Both the position numbers and the translations under genes were made by a program. Positions 1 to 13,984 of a stretch of 64,000 nt of DNA are shown here, in pieces. The notes under the pieces are model-generated. The model had not been told where the DNA came from, searched no databases, and saw only the letters and a list, made by a program, of their open reading frames with translations. This DNA comes from Eledone cirrhosa (Eukaryota): assembly GCA_964016885.1 (NCBI GenBank), contig OZ024754.1:682001-746000 (forward strand), written 5' to 3'. Within the stretch, counting starts at the first letter, position 1. The number at the start of each line of letters is the position of its first letter.

Positions 1-398
1 AATCCTCATATTTCTTCATTAGTTAATTAAAATTGTGTGTATTTCATTGAAAACATGGTCACATAAGGTCTGCATATATAATCAACTAAAGTTGTGAAAA
101 TGGTACATTAGTTTTTAGCATATTATCTTTATAAAAATAGTCGCCTCATAAAATAAAAATGGATCCTTAACTATGAAAACACTTTTTAAAATAAGTATGT
201 ATATATGGACTTGTAACTCCTCGTGGACGTGACATTGCAGTGTGTATCTTGGGCATTTTCAATTCACCACCTTTTTTTAAAATAAGTATTTATCTTTAAT
301 TAGCAAGATTGATTTCTAGTAGTATTTCCTTTGTCTTTATTCTTAACACCCCTTTACCTTCAATGAATTCATATTTTGTAAACTTTCTTCCTTTTCAG

Positions 399-500
399 CT
401 CTTCATGATTGAACAGATTCGTCATGGGATACTTGCTGTAGAAGGAGCAGCAGATGACATCGAGGATGAATATATAGGAGATGAAAAGGGGGAGAATGAG
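399..500 (+). CDS. USP9X: USP9X exon (window exon 1)
   Basis: ttttcag|...|gtaaaa; [34 protein letters not shown]. Confidence 0.93.
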
Positions 501-3478
501 GTAAAATATTATATTTATATGTTCACTCTGTATTTTAGTAATGATTCTACATGAAGATGCTGTCGTAGATGCTTCAGTGTTTAGCATTGGCATCAGACCA
601 TAGAAAGCATGCCAAAAAGATTGAGGTGACCATCTTGTCACTAATCTTTCTTGTTCTAGCGCTAGTATATAAAATGCATCCAGTACACTATTTTTAAAGT
701 GGTTTGTATTAGGAACGGCATCCAGCTGTACAAACCCTGTGTAAACTGGAATATATGTAAGATGGCGCTGGCTGATCTGGGAGGACAGTAGCTCCGACGA
801 AGTATTGATTTGCATGAAAGAATGGATTAATGATGAATAATGTTACATTTTTCTATGATAGTGATAATACCCTATATACTCAGTTTTTTTAGGTTTTTTT
901 TTTAAATTCAAATAATAGGTGTAAAAAGGGATGTGCAACTTATTTACTGAACCTTCTGCTAGGCTTGAAATTTGCAGCATGCTCTGATATATACACATAC
1001 ACAGACACTGACAAATGGTTAGGGCAGGTTGATAATGTTAGTATGTTTCCTTGAGCAAGACACTTTATTTCACATTGCTCCAGTTTACTCAGCTGTAGAA
1101 ATGAGATGATAGTGACTGGGGTTCCTATCATTCCACTGCAAAGTGTTTGTGTAGGTGCCACGGAAAAAAAGCACCCAGTACTCACTGTAAATGAGGTTGG
1201 TGTTAGGAAGGGCATCCAGCTGTAGAAATCAAGCCAGAATCAGTTCCCGTCCCACCCTTGCAAGCAGGGAAAAGCGAACGTAAGATGAAAAAAAAAAAAA
1301 AAAATAGTCTATATGAATATCGGGGTTGTAAACAAACATGTTATATTTTTTATAATTTTATATATGTCTCATCTGTCTCTGTTGTCCAAACTCTACATTA
1401 TATTACTAGACATGAAAAATGCGCAAGCTCAAAAGTGCCACAGAATGTTATAATAAACCTTCAAAAGTGTGGGACTAGAGTTGTTGCTAAAAAATATTGT
1501 AATCATTATATATCGTACATTCTGTGGCATCCTTTATAAAAATAGCTTAAACCAACGAAGCCTTTATTTTTACGCTATTTCACTTAGTTAATTCTTAGAG
1601 TGTAACATATAAAAATAAATACATCTATGTTTAATGTAATAACAGCTATAAATAATTACGTAATATTATTATCATATACTCATAGTAACAAAATAATTGT
1701 GTTGAAACTTAATATGATGCTTATATGAACGATCAAATCTATAATGATAATTTCTTAAATATACTAATAGTAAAATAATTTAGTTATCTATTGTTACATT
1801 TTCATAGAACTATAATATTAACAATCGTATTGCATTATCAAATTTTTATCACTACAAACTTTCATATTGGAATTACCTTAAGCCACTTATTATTACTTCG
1901 CTTTCGTACTTTTGCAGCAGTAGATATTGCGCTGTATCTTATATCTAATATCAATATCTCGTGGTAATTTGCATGAAGTGTAAAATAGGTTTATTAATAA
2001 CTTTAATATGAAATGTATTATACAGGGCTGCGGAGTCGGCCAAAAATTGACTGGCTCCAACTCAGGATCCGATACTCCATTATTTCCTAAATTTCAGCTC
2101 CGCAGCTCTGTTATTATATTAATTAATTTATTTTATAGTTGTAAATCATATTTTTATATGTTACACTCTAAGAATTAACTAAGTGAAATAGCGTAAAAAT
2201 AAAGGCTTCGTTGATTTAAGCTATTTTTATAAAGGATGCCACAGAATGTACGATATATAATGATTACAATATTTTTTAGCAACAACTCTAGTCCCACACT
2301 TTTGAAGGTTTATTATAACATTCTGTGGCACTTTTGAGCTTGCGCATTTTTCATGTCTAGTTTAATATTTTTTTAAGGCAACGCTTGTAATAACTCTAGT
2401 TAAACAGGATATATATTAATAATAAATTATCGTTGTAATGTAATTAGATTATGTAATTGTTATTATAAATTATCTTATAAATATTAGTGTAAGATGTATA
2501 AAAATATTTTCAGACTTTTAATATAAACAACTACAAAAAACAATCAATATTAAATCAATATATTATACATAATAGAAAACATAAAATATACAATACAAAA
2601 ACAAAATATTTACATACAATTGCAATTATCAGTGTATATACATTTTCTTTATATTCCCTGAGCAAATTAATAAGATTTGTTTTTATTGTACATAATTTGA
2701 TGACTTGTTGGAGTGTATTAAAAGATAGCAACAATTTGTGATTAAATTGTTATCTTAAGCAACTCACTTTTTAATAGTTGTTGGCTGAGCGAAATTGTAA
2801 AAGCCTATGAGCAAATATAAAAAAAAATACACAAACAACATTTCCTTGTGTTATTACAACATTAGATAAAATAATTGAGCAATGTCGTTATATTTTGCTC
2901 TTATTGCACATTAATAGTGTTTCTATTTTTCGGCACAAATCCATTACGGCAGTCCATTACTGGTACTTTATTTTATCGAATTAGTAAGTATGAAAGTCGA
3001 AGTTAACCTCGGCAGGATTTGAACTTAGAATGCAAAGGACCATAACAATACTGCAAAGCATGGTGTCTGACGCTCTACCAATACTTGTGTTGAGCTGGTC
3101 ATTAATTTATGGTGGTCGTGCGTGGAGTAGAGCAATCGCTAGTTGAAATATTATGAACAAAACATTTTTATTTGCCGAAGAACATATTTTCAATACTGTT
3201 TGTGAATGTGACGAAGGAAATACATTCTGATATGGAACAGTGTACAAAGTGTGTCTGTGAATAACATAATGTTACCTCATGTTGTTGTCAAGACATAATG
3301 AATTTCGTATATCCAGTTAGAAGATGAAACCTAGCCATCTCGGATTAGTTATATTTCATGCCATGTGTAAACGTGTTTGAGGATAGCAAAATATGCGCGT
3401 TAATTATAATAATTAGTTAATAATATTACAAAATATACCTAATTAAACTCTTTGCTTGAAATTTTATCATTCTTCGTT

Positions 3479-3511
<33 letters not shown>

Positions 3512-6500
3512 GGAGAGAGATTTATCTAGTCCTTCGCTCAAGATTAATCTATAAGTTTAGATGTTTGCCTTCGTTTAAGTAAATATTACAGTAAGATTTT
3601 TAATATAAACAACTACAAAAAACAATTAATATTAAAACGAAAAAATTATCAATGATAAAAGAAGCGGATGCAACTTTTTTTTTTATAAAGTTATATTCCT
3701 GTTTCTTTAAAGAACATTTCATTTTTGTTCTATTGTAGGCGAAATAATGCAATGGTTTAATAGGGAAGATATAACTTACGAATTATGTCTCTAACCGTGT
3801 AACGCTTTTTAAGTAGATAACTACAATTGAAAATACTAAAGAAATGGAACCAACAATTCAATTTGAAAGTCGTCTAGTGACAGTGTATTACTGGTACTTT
3901 ATTTTATCGACCCCGTAACGATGAAAGGCAAAAATGCAAATGCTTAAAATTTAAATTGCCTTAATTCTATCGTCTGCTGTTTCATTAAAGGGAGATTATC
4001 GTCTGTATTTAATTCTATCGTCTACTGTTCCACTAAACAGATATACCTCCACTATCGTCTCTATTTATACATTTTAACTTATAACTTATACACATTTGAT
4101 TTGAAATATTTTATCTAGTCCCCCCTCTCAATATTATGATGATTTCTTTCGAATGAAACAGTTCTAGTCCTGTAGAAGCCATTTATATATATAATTGAAC
4201 TGAGTTAAAAATTCACAATATTTATAATTAAATAAGCTCATATATATATGTGTGTATTTATCTGTTTATTGTATTATATATAATGTGTGTATATACAGGA
4301 TGTCCCCCAAAAATATATACACACTTTAACAGCATTCTAATAACTATTGCCTGTACAGGTAATCAAAGTGTCAATCGAATGTTAGTTTCGTGTTTTAACA
4401 GTACAAATTTACAATACACACATAAAACCAGTGTATATACATACATGAGTGTGTATACACATACATGAATGTGTATATACAATATATATGTATATATATA
4501 TAGACACATATATTCACGGTGCAACGGTACATTAAAATATAGATGCGGGAGAGGGGGGGTGTATATATAGGGGCGCTGGGGATAAAGGAGTGTAAAGCGT
4601 GTGTAATTGATACATTGAAGGAGAGGAGCGTGCAGCGATAGAGTAACAAATATATAGAGAGGGGGAGAGATGGTATTGAAGGGGAGGAGTGCAAAGCGAA
4701 AGAGTAAGAGATATATATAGAGACGGAACAGATAGAGAGAAACAGGCGTAAGTAACAGTGGAAGAGATATAGAGAGAGGTACTCTGATTGGTTGAAAATT
4801 AGCCAATGACATACGATCACCACCACCACGGCTATCCCCGAAAATTTTTTATAGAAGCTAGGCATATATGTTAGAACACGAAAAGTGAACATTCTGTTGT
4901 TTCACACTTTTCGTGTTCTAACAGATATAGTTCTTCCCTCTTTGAGTAATTCTTTAAAAAAAGTCTTTCTAAAACATGAGCACTTTAAATTTGTTCATAA
5001 TTCTGTGTAAAATCATAGTTTGCATTTGGGACAGAGGATGGAATTTCTATTCAGATTCATCTGATGCTCATGTGAGTTCACAGGTGTAACTCTAGAAAAC
5101 AAGACTAATTACTTAGCCATAATAAAGAATATTATTAAACTCTACTTTGGTATTGAGTACTCATTCTTGTGTCTGTCAAGGCTGGTAGTGACTTTTTATG
5201 TCCAGCATATGCAGTATATCCTGCAACTAACCAGTTCAACAAAGATGTGTAGTTATATACTACATGTAAAAACAAAGAATAAACTTGTTTCTATTTCAAC
5301 TTATTGTTAATCTACATGTTAAATGAGGTTTATTTTCTCCATAGACTAATGTTGATCTTGGTGATGAAGAACGGAAGGATGAAGAAAAGAGTTCCAATAA
5401 ACAAGGTGAAAGAAAAGATTACAATCTGGGTGTGATGAAACATGTCCAGTTGATCTTTGGTCATTTGGCTTGTAGCAAGCTGCAGTATTATGTTCCCAGA
5501 GGCTTCTGGAAACACTTCAAGTAAGTTATAGAATTTAAAGTAATTTATTTATTTATTTTTTTAATCTTCCTTGCTTTATATATACATATATATACACATA
5601 CACACACATCACTGTGATCTGCCACTTTCTTGCCTACAGTGTTGGTGACACATGACATATCCTGCTTACCCTGTAAAATGGTAGTGCTGGTGCTATGAAA
5701 AAAGAAAAAGCTTCCAGTCCACACTGAAATATAGTTGACATTAGGAAGGGTATCGTGCTGTTGAAAACTAAGCCCCAAAACGAATTGTATGACGAAGATA
5801 TAGTCACCTGACCTGTCTAACTCATAACACGACAGCCTGTCTAACTCATAAGTAGAAAATAGATGTTAAACAGTGATAATGATATAATTGTGAAAATAAT
5901 TTCTAGGAAGTTCAATTTAGGGGAAGGACAATGTTCATAACCCTTTTAAGGACCCATGAAACTTTGTTAGTGGGAAGGGGGAAGGTATCCTTAAACTGGA
6001 GACCTGGTCCAAATAATTGAAACGAGAGTCAAAACTAGGTGATGGATTTGTCTACCACCCATATAAGCCAAGCGCCAAAACAAATACCACAAAGCATCTG
6101 GTTGAACACTTAGCAATTCAACCATAAATTATTGCCTCAAAAAAGATTACATGATGAGTATGAAGCTTGTCATGGGACCTCTCGAAATTATACCTTTCTT
6201 TAACAAAGAAACTGCCTCAAAATGGACCCTATGATGAATACAAAACCTTTTGTGGAGCCCCTGCATGGCTAACTCCTACTTAGAAACATTTATTGTAGTT
6301 GTACTTCATTATGTATGGAAATTGTATGAAAAGTAACCCTCTCAAAAATCAAGTTAAAATTTATCAGATATTTTTGAATGTTGATTTATTTGTAAACCTG
6401 TATTATATATATTTCAGGTTATGGGGAGAACCGGTGAACTTGAGAGAACAACATGATGCATTAGAATTCTTCAACAGTCTTGTAGATAGTTTAGATGAAG

Positions 6501-9500
6501 CTCTTAAAGAGCTGGGACAGCCCATGATTCTCAGTAAAGTTCTGGGAGGATCGTTTGCTGACCAAAAAATTTGCAAAGATTGTCCACATAGGTAAACTTG
6601 GAATCTTTTTTTTTTTTTTTTTTTTTTTTTTCATTTTTTTTCATTTTACATAGTAGAAGTACATTTTAATAGCTTTTGGTAGTTTTTTTAGTATTTCATT
6701 TAATAGTTTTGAAATGTAACATTTACATCGGAGATGAGTTATTTTAATAATTAAAAAACAACAAAAAAAAAAAAAACCTGTTAAATTCATTTTACATTTA
6801 TCACTTATTTCTTGATGTTGAAATTTCTGTTGCCCTGTTTGCTACCTGGTCACTTGACACAGTGTGATGAAAAAATAAATGATAAAAATAAAGTGAATTG
6901 AACAGTTTTTGTGTGGTTTTTGAATGGCTAAAATGACTTCTTTCAAGATGTAATTTCATTAACTCACTTGCCAGACAAGTATATTTATTGATTTGATTGA
7001 TTCTGATCCATCTTTCAAATGTGAATTCTTTTCAGATATCAAAGAGAAGAAACTTTTACAACTCTAAATGTAGATATTCGAAATCATCAAAATTTACTTG
7101 AATCTTTAGAGCAGTATGTAAAAGGTGATCTTTTAGAGGGGGCAAATGCATATCACTGCGAAAAATGTAATAAAAAGGTATGTCTACAATTTACTATCAT
7201 GTTTATGTTTAGAAATGTTTTTGTTAAAATGCCTCTTGGGTGCTTTTAGCAAAGTTCACTTTATTGCAAGTATCCAATTTAAGCATATCTTCAACCTTTC
7301 TTCCCACCAACCATGGAGACCCACTAATGCTTTTTATCTTCTTCTGTACATCTCTACTATTGTGATCTTATTACAGGTTGTGTTATTTTTTCCACTATTT
7401 TTTTCAGGTAGACACTGTTAAAAGGCTCGTGATAAATAAATTGCCAAAAATTTTGGCTATCCAGCTCAAGAGATTTGATTACGACTGGGAACGGTAAGTT
7501 TTAGTTGTTGTGTAATAGTTTTTTTATTTTATTTAGCTACCTCCTCTTTATTTCGGCCGCGGACAACATCCAGTCCTAAACAAATGAGGTTGTGTAGGTG
7601 TCACGACAAAAAAACACAGTCCACGCTGTAATGTGGCCGTGTAGGTAACGCGGTAAAAACCTCCCAGTCCACACTGTAAACGTGGTTGGTGTTAGGAAGG
7701 GCATCCAGCCGTAGAAAACCCGCCAGACAGTCCTATACAAGCAAGACAACCAATCTTGCCTCAAGTGGGAAAATTGCCATCCAAAACCCATGCTAGCGTG
7801 GAAGATGGACGTTAAACGATGATGATGATGATTTCAAATAAAAAGCAGCAAATTGGATTAAATGTTCTGGCTCTCTGCACACAGAGTTCAAATCCTGCCA
7901 CGGTCAACTTTGCTGTTCATCCTTTCTTAAGTTAATAAACGAAGCACCAGGTGGTGGATTGGCAGAATTGTTAAAGCATTGGGTGGAATTCTTTGCGCTA
8001 TCTGTTTGAGTTCAAATTTTTCCTCCTGCCACAGAAAAAGCAATGACACTTTTGTCAGGAATTGCAATCAACAGATAGTATCAGCAATGGCAAGACCAAT
8101 AGAAACGCAATTTCTTGGTCTGATCTGATGATCAAAAATAAAGAAACAATTGTAATCTTTATCATTTTATCAATGTATAATACTTTATTTTACAGAGAAT
8201 GTGCAATCAAATTCAATGACTACTTTGAGTTTCCACGTGAGTTTGATATGGAACCTTACACTGTACAGGGATTAGCAAAAATTGAAGGTGAGTATATCTT
8301 TTTTTCTTTTGTAAATTTAAAAATAGTTGAAATGCTTTAGTTTCAAGAGATTGCTTTTGTGCATTTTTGAGATTTAGTATCTTTTTCAGAAGATAACTAA
8401 CTCTATGATTCTATGTACAGTGGAAGACTACTATAGTAATGCTATATATGTTATGTAGAATATAGTTGAAATAGTCAAATTTCATGACATGCATACATTT
8501 GGCAATGTAATTAATCAAATAATAAATATTTATGCTAAAACACAAACATAGATGCTAGAAGATTTAACCCTTTAGAATTTACATTTCTCTATAAATACTA
8601 TTTTTTTTTTGCGGTAAAAACTTTACCTCATATAATATCAAATCTAAGAGATTTTGATATTATTTCGAGAATAATACCGTAACATCAGTATATGTAGCTG
8701 GTTACGGCCGGTTTGAACAGAAAGAGGTGAGAATTCTGGCCAGATACGGCCAGTTTAAATGCTAAAGGGTTAAGGTAAATTTCATGAAGATATAACTACA
8801 GTATTTTTTCTTTTTTTAATTAGAAGCCTTCACTGAAAATAATTGTTTCTACATTTGGCACAAGACCAGCAATTACCCAGTACGTTACTGGTACTTTATT
8901 TTATCGACCCCTTAAGGATGAAAGGCAAAGTTAACCTCGGCAGGATTTGAATTCAGATCGTAAGGGGACGTAACTATGCTGGAAAGCATGTCTGACCCTC
9001 TACCGATACTGCCAATTCACCGCCCTTAAAATAATGAAATGTAAACACATTCAACTATTCCTCTGTATGCAGAAAAACATACATGAATAACTTTATGCAT
9101 TTCTAAAATAAGCTGTGTTCTAGCAGAACTAGTTATTTAGTTTGTCAGAGCAAATGGTTTGAAGATGATTTAGTTTAGATTTTTAAATTAAGGTTAGCAC
9201 TTGTTATATTCATGCTGAGGAAAATCAAAATGAAAAGTTGACAGCAACCAAAAGTACTAGGTTGAGAGAAGTTTCGGGATTATAATTATCTTTTTAGCTC
9301 CTGGTTGCCCTAGGACAGTTCTATAGCTGTAAAACATACATTCAAATTTTGTGTTTTAATTAGTTTATAGTAGATGGGAGGAATTGGTGAAGATGTATAC
9401 GTGGAGACTTTTTATCTGTATTGTGACAGTGTGTATTTGGTTTAGAATAGGTACACCTTATCCTTGTATGTAGTAAGAGGTGACTAAAATAGTTGCATCC

Positions 9501-12500
9501 ATCCATAGAACATTACCTCGAAAATGACCCCATGACAAGCAGGAAACCTTTCATGGGGCATACAAAGCTAACCCCTACTTTAGCAAAGAGAATGACTGTA
9601 AAGTGATTTTTGTTGTCACATTGACATTGCGAGTAAAATCCTATGTATTTGATAATATCTTGTTTAAAAAATAAATTGCTTTTTCAGGAGAAATTATTGA
9701 TGCTGACTGTGATGAAAAAGAGCAAAGTACAAAATATAAGTTAGTTGGGGTTGTGGTCCATAGTGGACAAGCAAGTGGAGGACATTATTACTCTTATATT
9801 TTACACAGGTAAAAACACTACTTTCTATTTTGAAAACCTTATTTCAATAAATTTTCTATTTACATGCTAATTATCAGCATGTTTAGATATGTATTTTGAT
9901 GTAGGAATTGGCTGTCAAATGTTTTACTTTTCCACACCGCTTCTATAAGTTTATATTACAATTAAATCCAAGAAATTGAACATCATTGTTGTTTTAAATA
10001 TATTTTCATGCTGGCATTAGTCAAATGGATTTGCAAGATACATCACCCACATTGATTGAAACATTTCATCTGTAAGGCCCTGTCTCAACTATTACTAATC
10101 TTGACACTATATGGAGTAAAGCACTTCTACTTCTATGATTCCTGTCATATGTTTACAATACTTAGTCATCAAAAAGTGTCAGAATTTCATTTAGAAAATG
10201 TACTAGTTTATCTCTGTCCTTTAGTGCTAGAAGTAAGGGAAAATTCAATGAAGTTAAAGTTGAATTGAGATAAGTTTCTAAGGGTGTTTGTTGTTACTGA
10301 TATTCTATTGCTAGTTTGAATCATTATACTGGATTCACAGGTTTAGTTTCTCATTAACTTAATTTAACAAACTCTATAGATGTCAAAACACTAAGTTATA
10401 TGATATAAACAACACAAACATAAGCAACATTGTTATTTAGACTGCACATACAGGTGCGGACAGACGGACACACACAATATGGATTTCTGCAGTTTTCATC
10501 TTTGAAATACCATTCATTAGGTATATGCCAACCTAAGGCTACAGTAGTTCTTTGTCCAACCTAGAACTATGTGTTTAGGAAGTAAATATCTTTATCTACA
10601 GAGCCATGCTTGCACATATGCATAAATATTTTACAGAAATTATTAAATTCAAAGGCTATTTTGTTTGTATTTTGAAATATGCAAATAATTATTTCTTGAT
10701 ACTTTTTTTTTTCTCACCTATAGAGGTGCTGATGATGTCCTTCCAAAATGGTATAAATTTGACGATGGCGATGTCACCGAATGTAAAATGGATGATGATG
10801 AGGTAAAGTTTGATTTCAATATTTTAAATTTTATTTTCCCTACTGTTTCATATTTTCTTGTTAGCATTTTTAGATTTCTACTTGTAAAGTCAGTTATATG
10901 ACAGTCTCATCTTCATCAAATATTGTCCTTGTTTTAAATATCAGAATGAAAATTAAAACTTTATAATTATCAATGGAAAACAAGAAGCTTGATACAAATA
11001 ACATTATTTATTTTTCTTTAACCCACTACCATTTAAACTGGCCATATCCGGCCATAATTCTCTCACCTCTTTCTGTTTAAACCGGTCATAACTGGCTGCC
11101 TATACTGACGTTAATGTATTGTTCTCAAAATAAATATCAAAATCTTGTAGATTCGATATTATGTGAGATGATACAATAGTAAATATAGAGTAACGTAAAT
11201 GCTAAAGGGTTAAGAAATTTATTAAAAATTTGTAGGTTTACATTTTCTGAGTGCAATATAAATATAATATTTGGTAATATCTTGTATTGCTGGATAACGT
11301 ATTCTATGTTATTTAAACAATGTTTGTAATATGGCATTTTAGCATTGTTGACTGAATTGTTATTAATATTTATCAGGAAATGAAAAACCAGTGCTTTGGT
11401 GGTGAATATGTTGGAGAGGTGTTCGATCATATGATGAAGAGGTTTGTTTTTACAAATCTTATATTTTAACCATTGAAATTTCATCTTAAACTTTTGTTGT
11501 TGGGGAAATATATCTCATGAGCAGTAAAAATGAATTGGTAACAGTTGTTTTTTTTTAAATCAAACTATTTTTAATATTTAGTTATTAGGGCGGTTAACTC
11601 CTGCAACAGACTACAATCTGTCTCAGGAGTTAATCTTGATGATAAGACTGGAGTCCTTATAATTAAAACACCCAAGAAACTTCTGGTGGGATGCAACCTT
11701 CTAAGGGGCCAGCTAAACCTACATAAGTGTGAGCTGTAATGACACTATATATAAATGAATCTAATATAATTTAATATAATATTCAATGTGAAAGTTGTAA
11801 CAATATTGATTAGTTTAAAAACTGTTGCTTTGGTGTTTTCCAACTGATTCAACTTTAATATATTAGTTGTGTCATCGGGCGTTATTTATTCTATTTCTTT
11901 CTTGTAAATTTTCCCTACAGGATGTCTTACAGGCGACAGAAGCGATGGTGGAATGCCTATATATTGTTCTATGAACGGATAGAACCTCAAGATGAGTTAG
12001 CTGAGGTCTCAAAAAGAGTACTAGACCTCACAGGTAAGATTAAGTTTTTGATTCACCAGTTACAGGAAGTTTACATTTCTAGGTTCTTTTTAGTTTTTAT
12101 ACACTCCCGGTATAGGCAGTGAATTGACAAAGTTATTAGAGTGTAGGACAAAATGCCTTGAGGTATTTATTTGTTCTGGTTTACTGCACTCTTGAGTTCA
12201 AATCATTGTCAAATTTGCCTTTCATCCTTTTGGGGGGTTGATAAAATATGTATCAGCTGTCATGTGGTAGTGTTGATACTATGATAAAATGTACCCAGTA
12301 CACTCTGTAAAGTAGCAATTCTGGTACGATAAAATGCTTACACACATTCCTGTTTTGGCATAGTTTTTTACAACTAAATGCTCTTCTTAATACGAAACAG
12401 TTTACTGAGTGTACTGGGTACATTTTACTGTAGCACAGGATGGTAAATAATAATTTCATTGTTTTAACTAATAACAGAAAATTAATTTATAGAAATTCTT

Positions 12501-13470
12501 TAATTTATACCACTGGTTCCCATAAATCTGTTCTTTTCAGTTTCAAGGCAAGAGAGGTTAAAGATGCCTGCTGCAATTGAGCGCTGCGTTCGGCGGCAAA
12601 ACATCCTTTTCATGCACGAGAAGAACCAATTTTCACCCGAATATTTTCAATTCATGAAAAAATTTCTCATGTGCAATGCTCCATTTTTATCTATCCCTTG
12701 TCCACAGGATAGGCTGGTGAGATATTACAATGTTTTTATTTATTTATTTATTTTTTTGGTCTATTTTAATTTGAATTATTTTTGTTAGTAAACCCTGTTG
12801 ATCAAGAAGCTGGTATACTTTTGTCCTTTTCGGATGAGAAAAACTTTGATCAGGACCAAAAGGTAAATCAAAGGAGCAATAGATGGCTATGTAGAGACCC
12901 AAATGAGGTTCAAACAGTCATGCACACCAAATTTTCAGCAACTATGATGGTTCTGGGTGTCATCAGCAATGGAGATGATGTCATCCCTCCTCATTTTTTT
13001 TAGGGCTAAAGTCTACAAAGAGGTGTGTTGGAGACAGTTGTGAAGCCCTGGATAGACAGGGTAAGCAACGGAAGACCATTTGTCTTCCAACAAGACACAG
13101 TGCCCTCCCATAATGCTAGAATGACGCAAGCATGGATGCGAGACAATCTCCAAGACCACATTCTTACAGACACATGGTCTCCTAGCTCACCAGACCTCTC
13201 AATTCCCTGGACTTTTACATATGGGGCATATTGGAAAGAGAGGTCAGTAATTATCCTCACAACACTATAGAACCTCTCAAGTCCGCCATTACCAGCACAA
13301 ATCCGGTATTACAGAGCCTGTAATGAAGTCATTGAAGCTAATGGAAGATTCATTGAATAGATATCATAAATGTATTGTAAATAATATTTGTATCTAAATA
13401 TAGCATTTCTTTGATGTGCCATGCATCTTTTTCTAAATTCATGCAAATGTCCTAAAAAAACTGATGCACC

Positions 13471-13519
<49 letters not shown>

Positions 13520-13931
13520 CAAAGGGATATTTAATTTGTTCGTAATTCAACAAATATATATATTTATAACTTATTCGAAGCACTCGACAGGTTTTCTGGA
13601 GTATAATATCAATGATATTAATAATTATATTTATTCTATTATATATATATTTGAAGAGTACCAAAACTTTGGTACGCTCTCATCAGATAAAATACAAAGT
13701 TTGTTTTATAAATATTGACATATCCAGGAATGAGATCTTAACGGTTCAAGTTTCACTATCCATGAAAAACTTGAACCATTAAGATCTCGTTCCTGGTTAT
13801 GTCAATATTTATAAAACAAACTTTGTATTTTATCTGATGAGAGCGTGCCAAAGTTTTGGTACCCTTGAAATATATATAATAGAATCAATATGGTTTTATA
13901 AATATAGTTTCCATTTATTTAATATCATTGA

Positions 13932-13984
<53 letters not shown>

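Noticed and set aside
369-815. 148-aa minus-strand ORF
   Set aside because: It overlaps USP9X exon 1 antisense and a repeat fragment, with no recognisable domain.
2511-3636. ~43-bp direct repeat at ~2511 and ~3594
   Set aside because: Short and AT-rich, with no LTR hallmarks or coding sequence between the copies.
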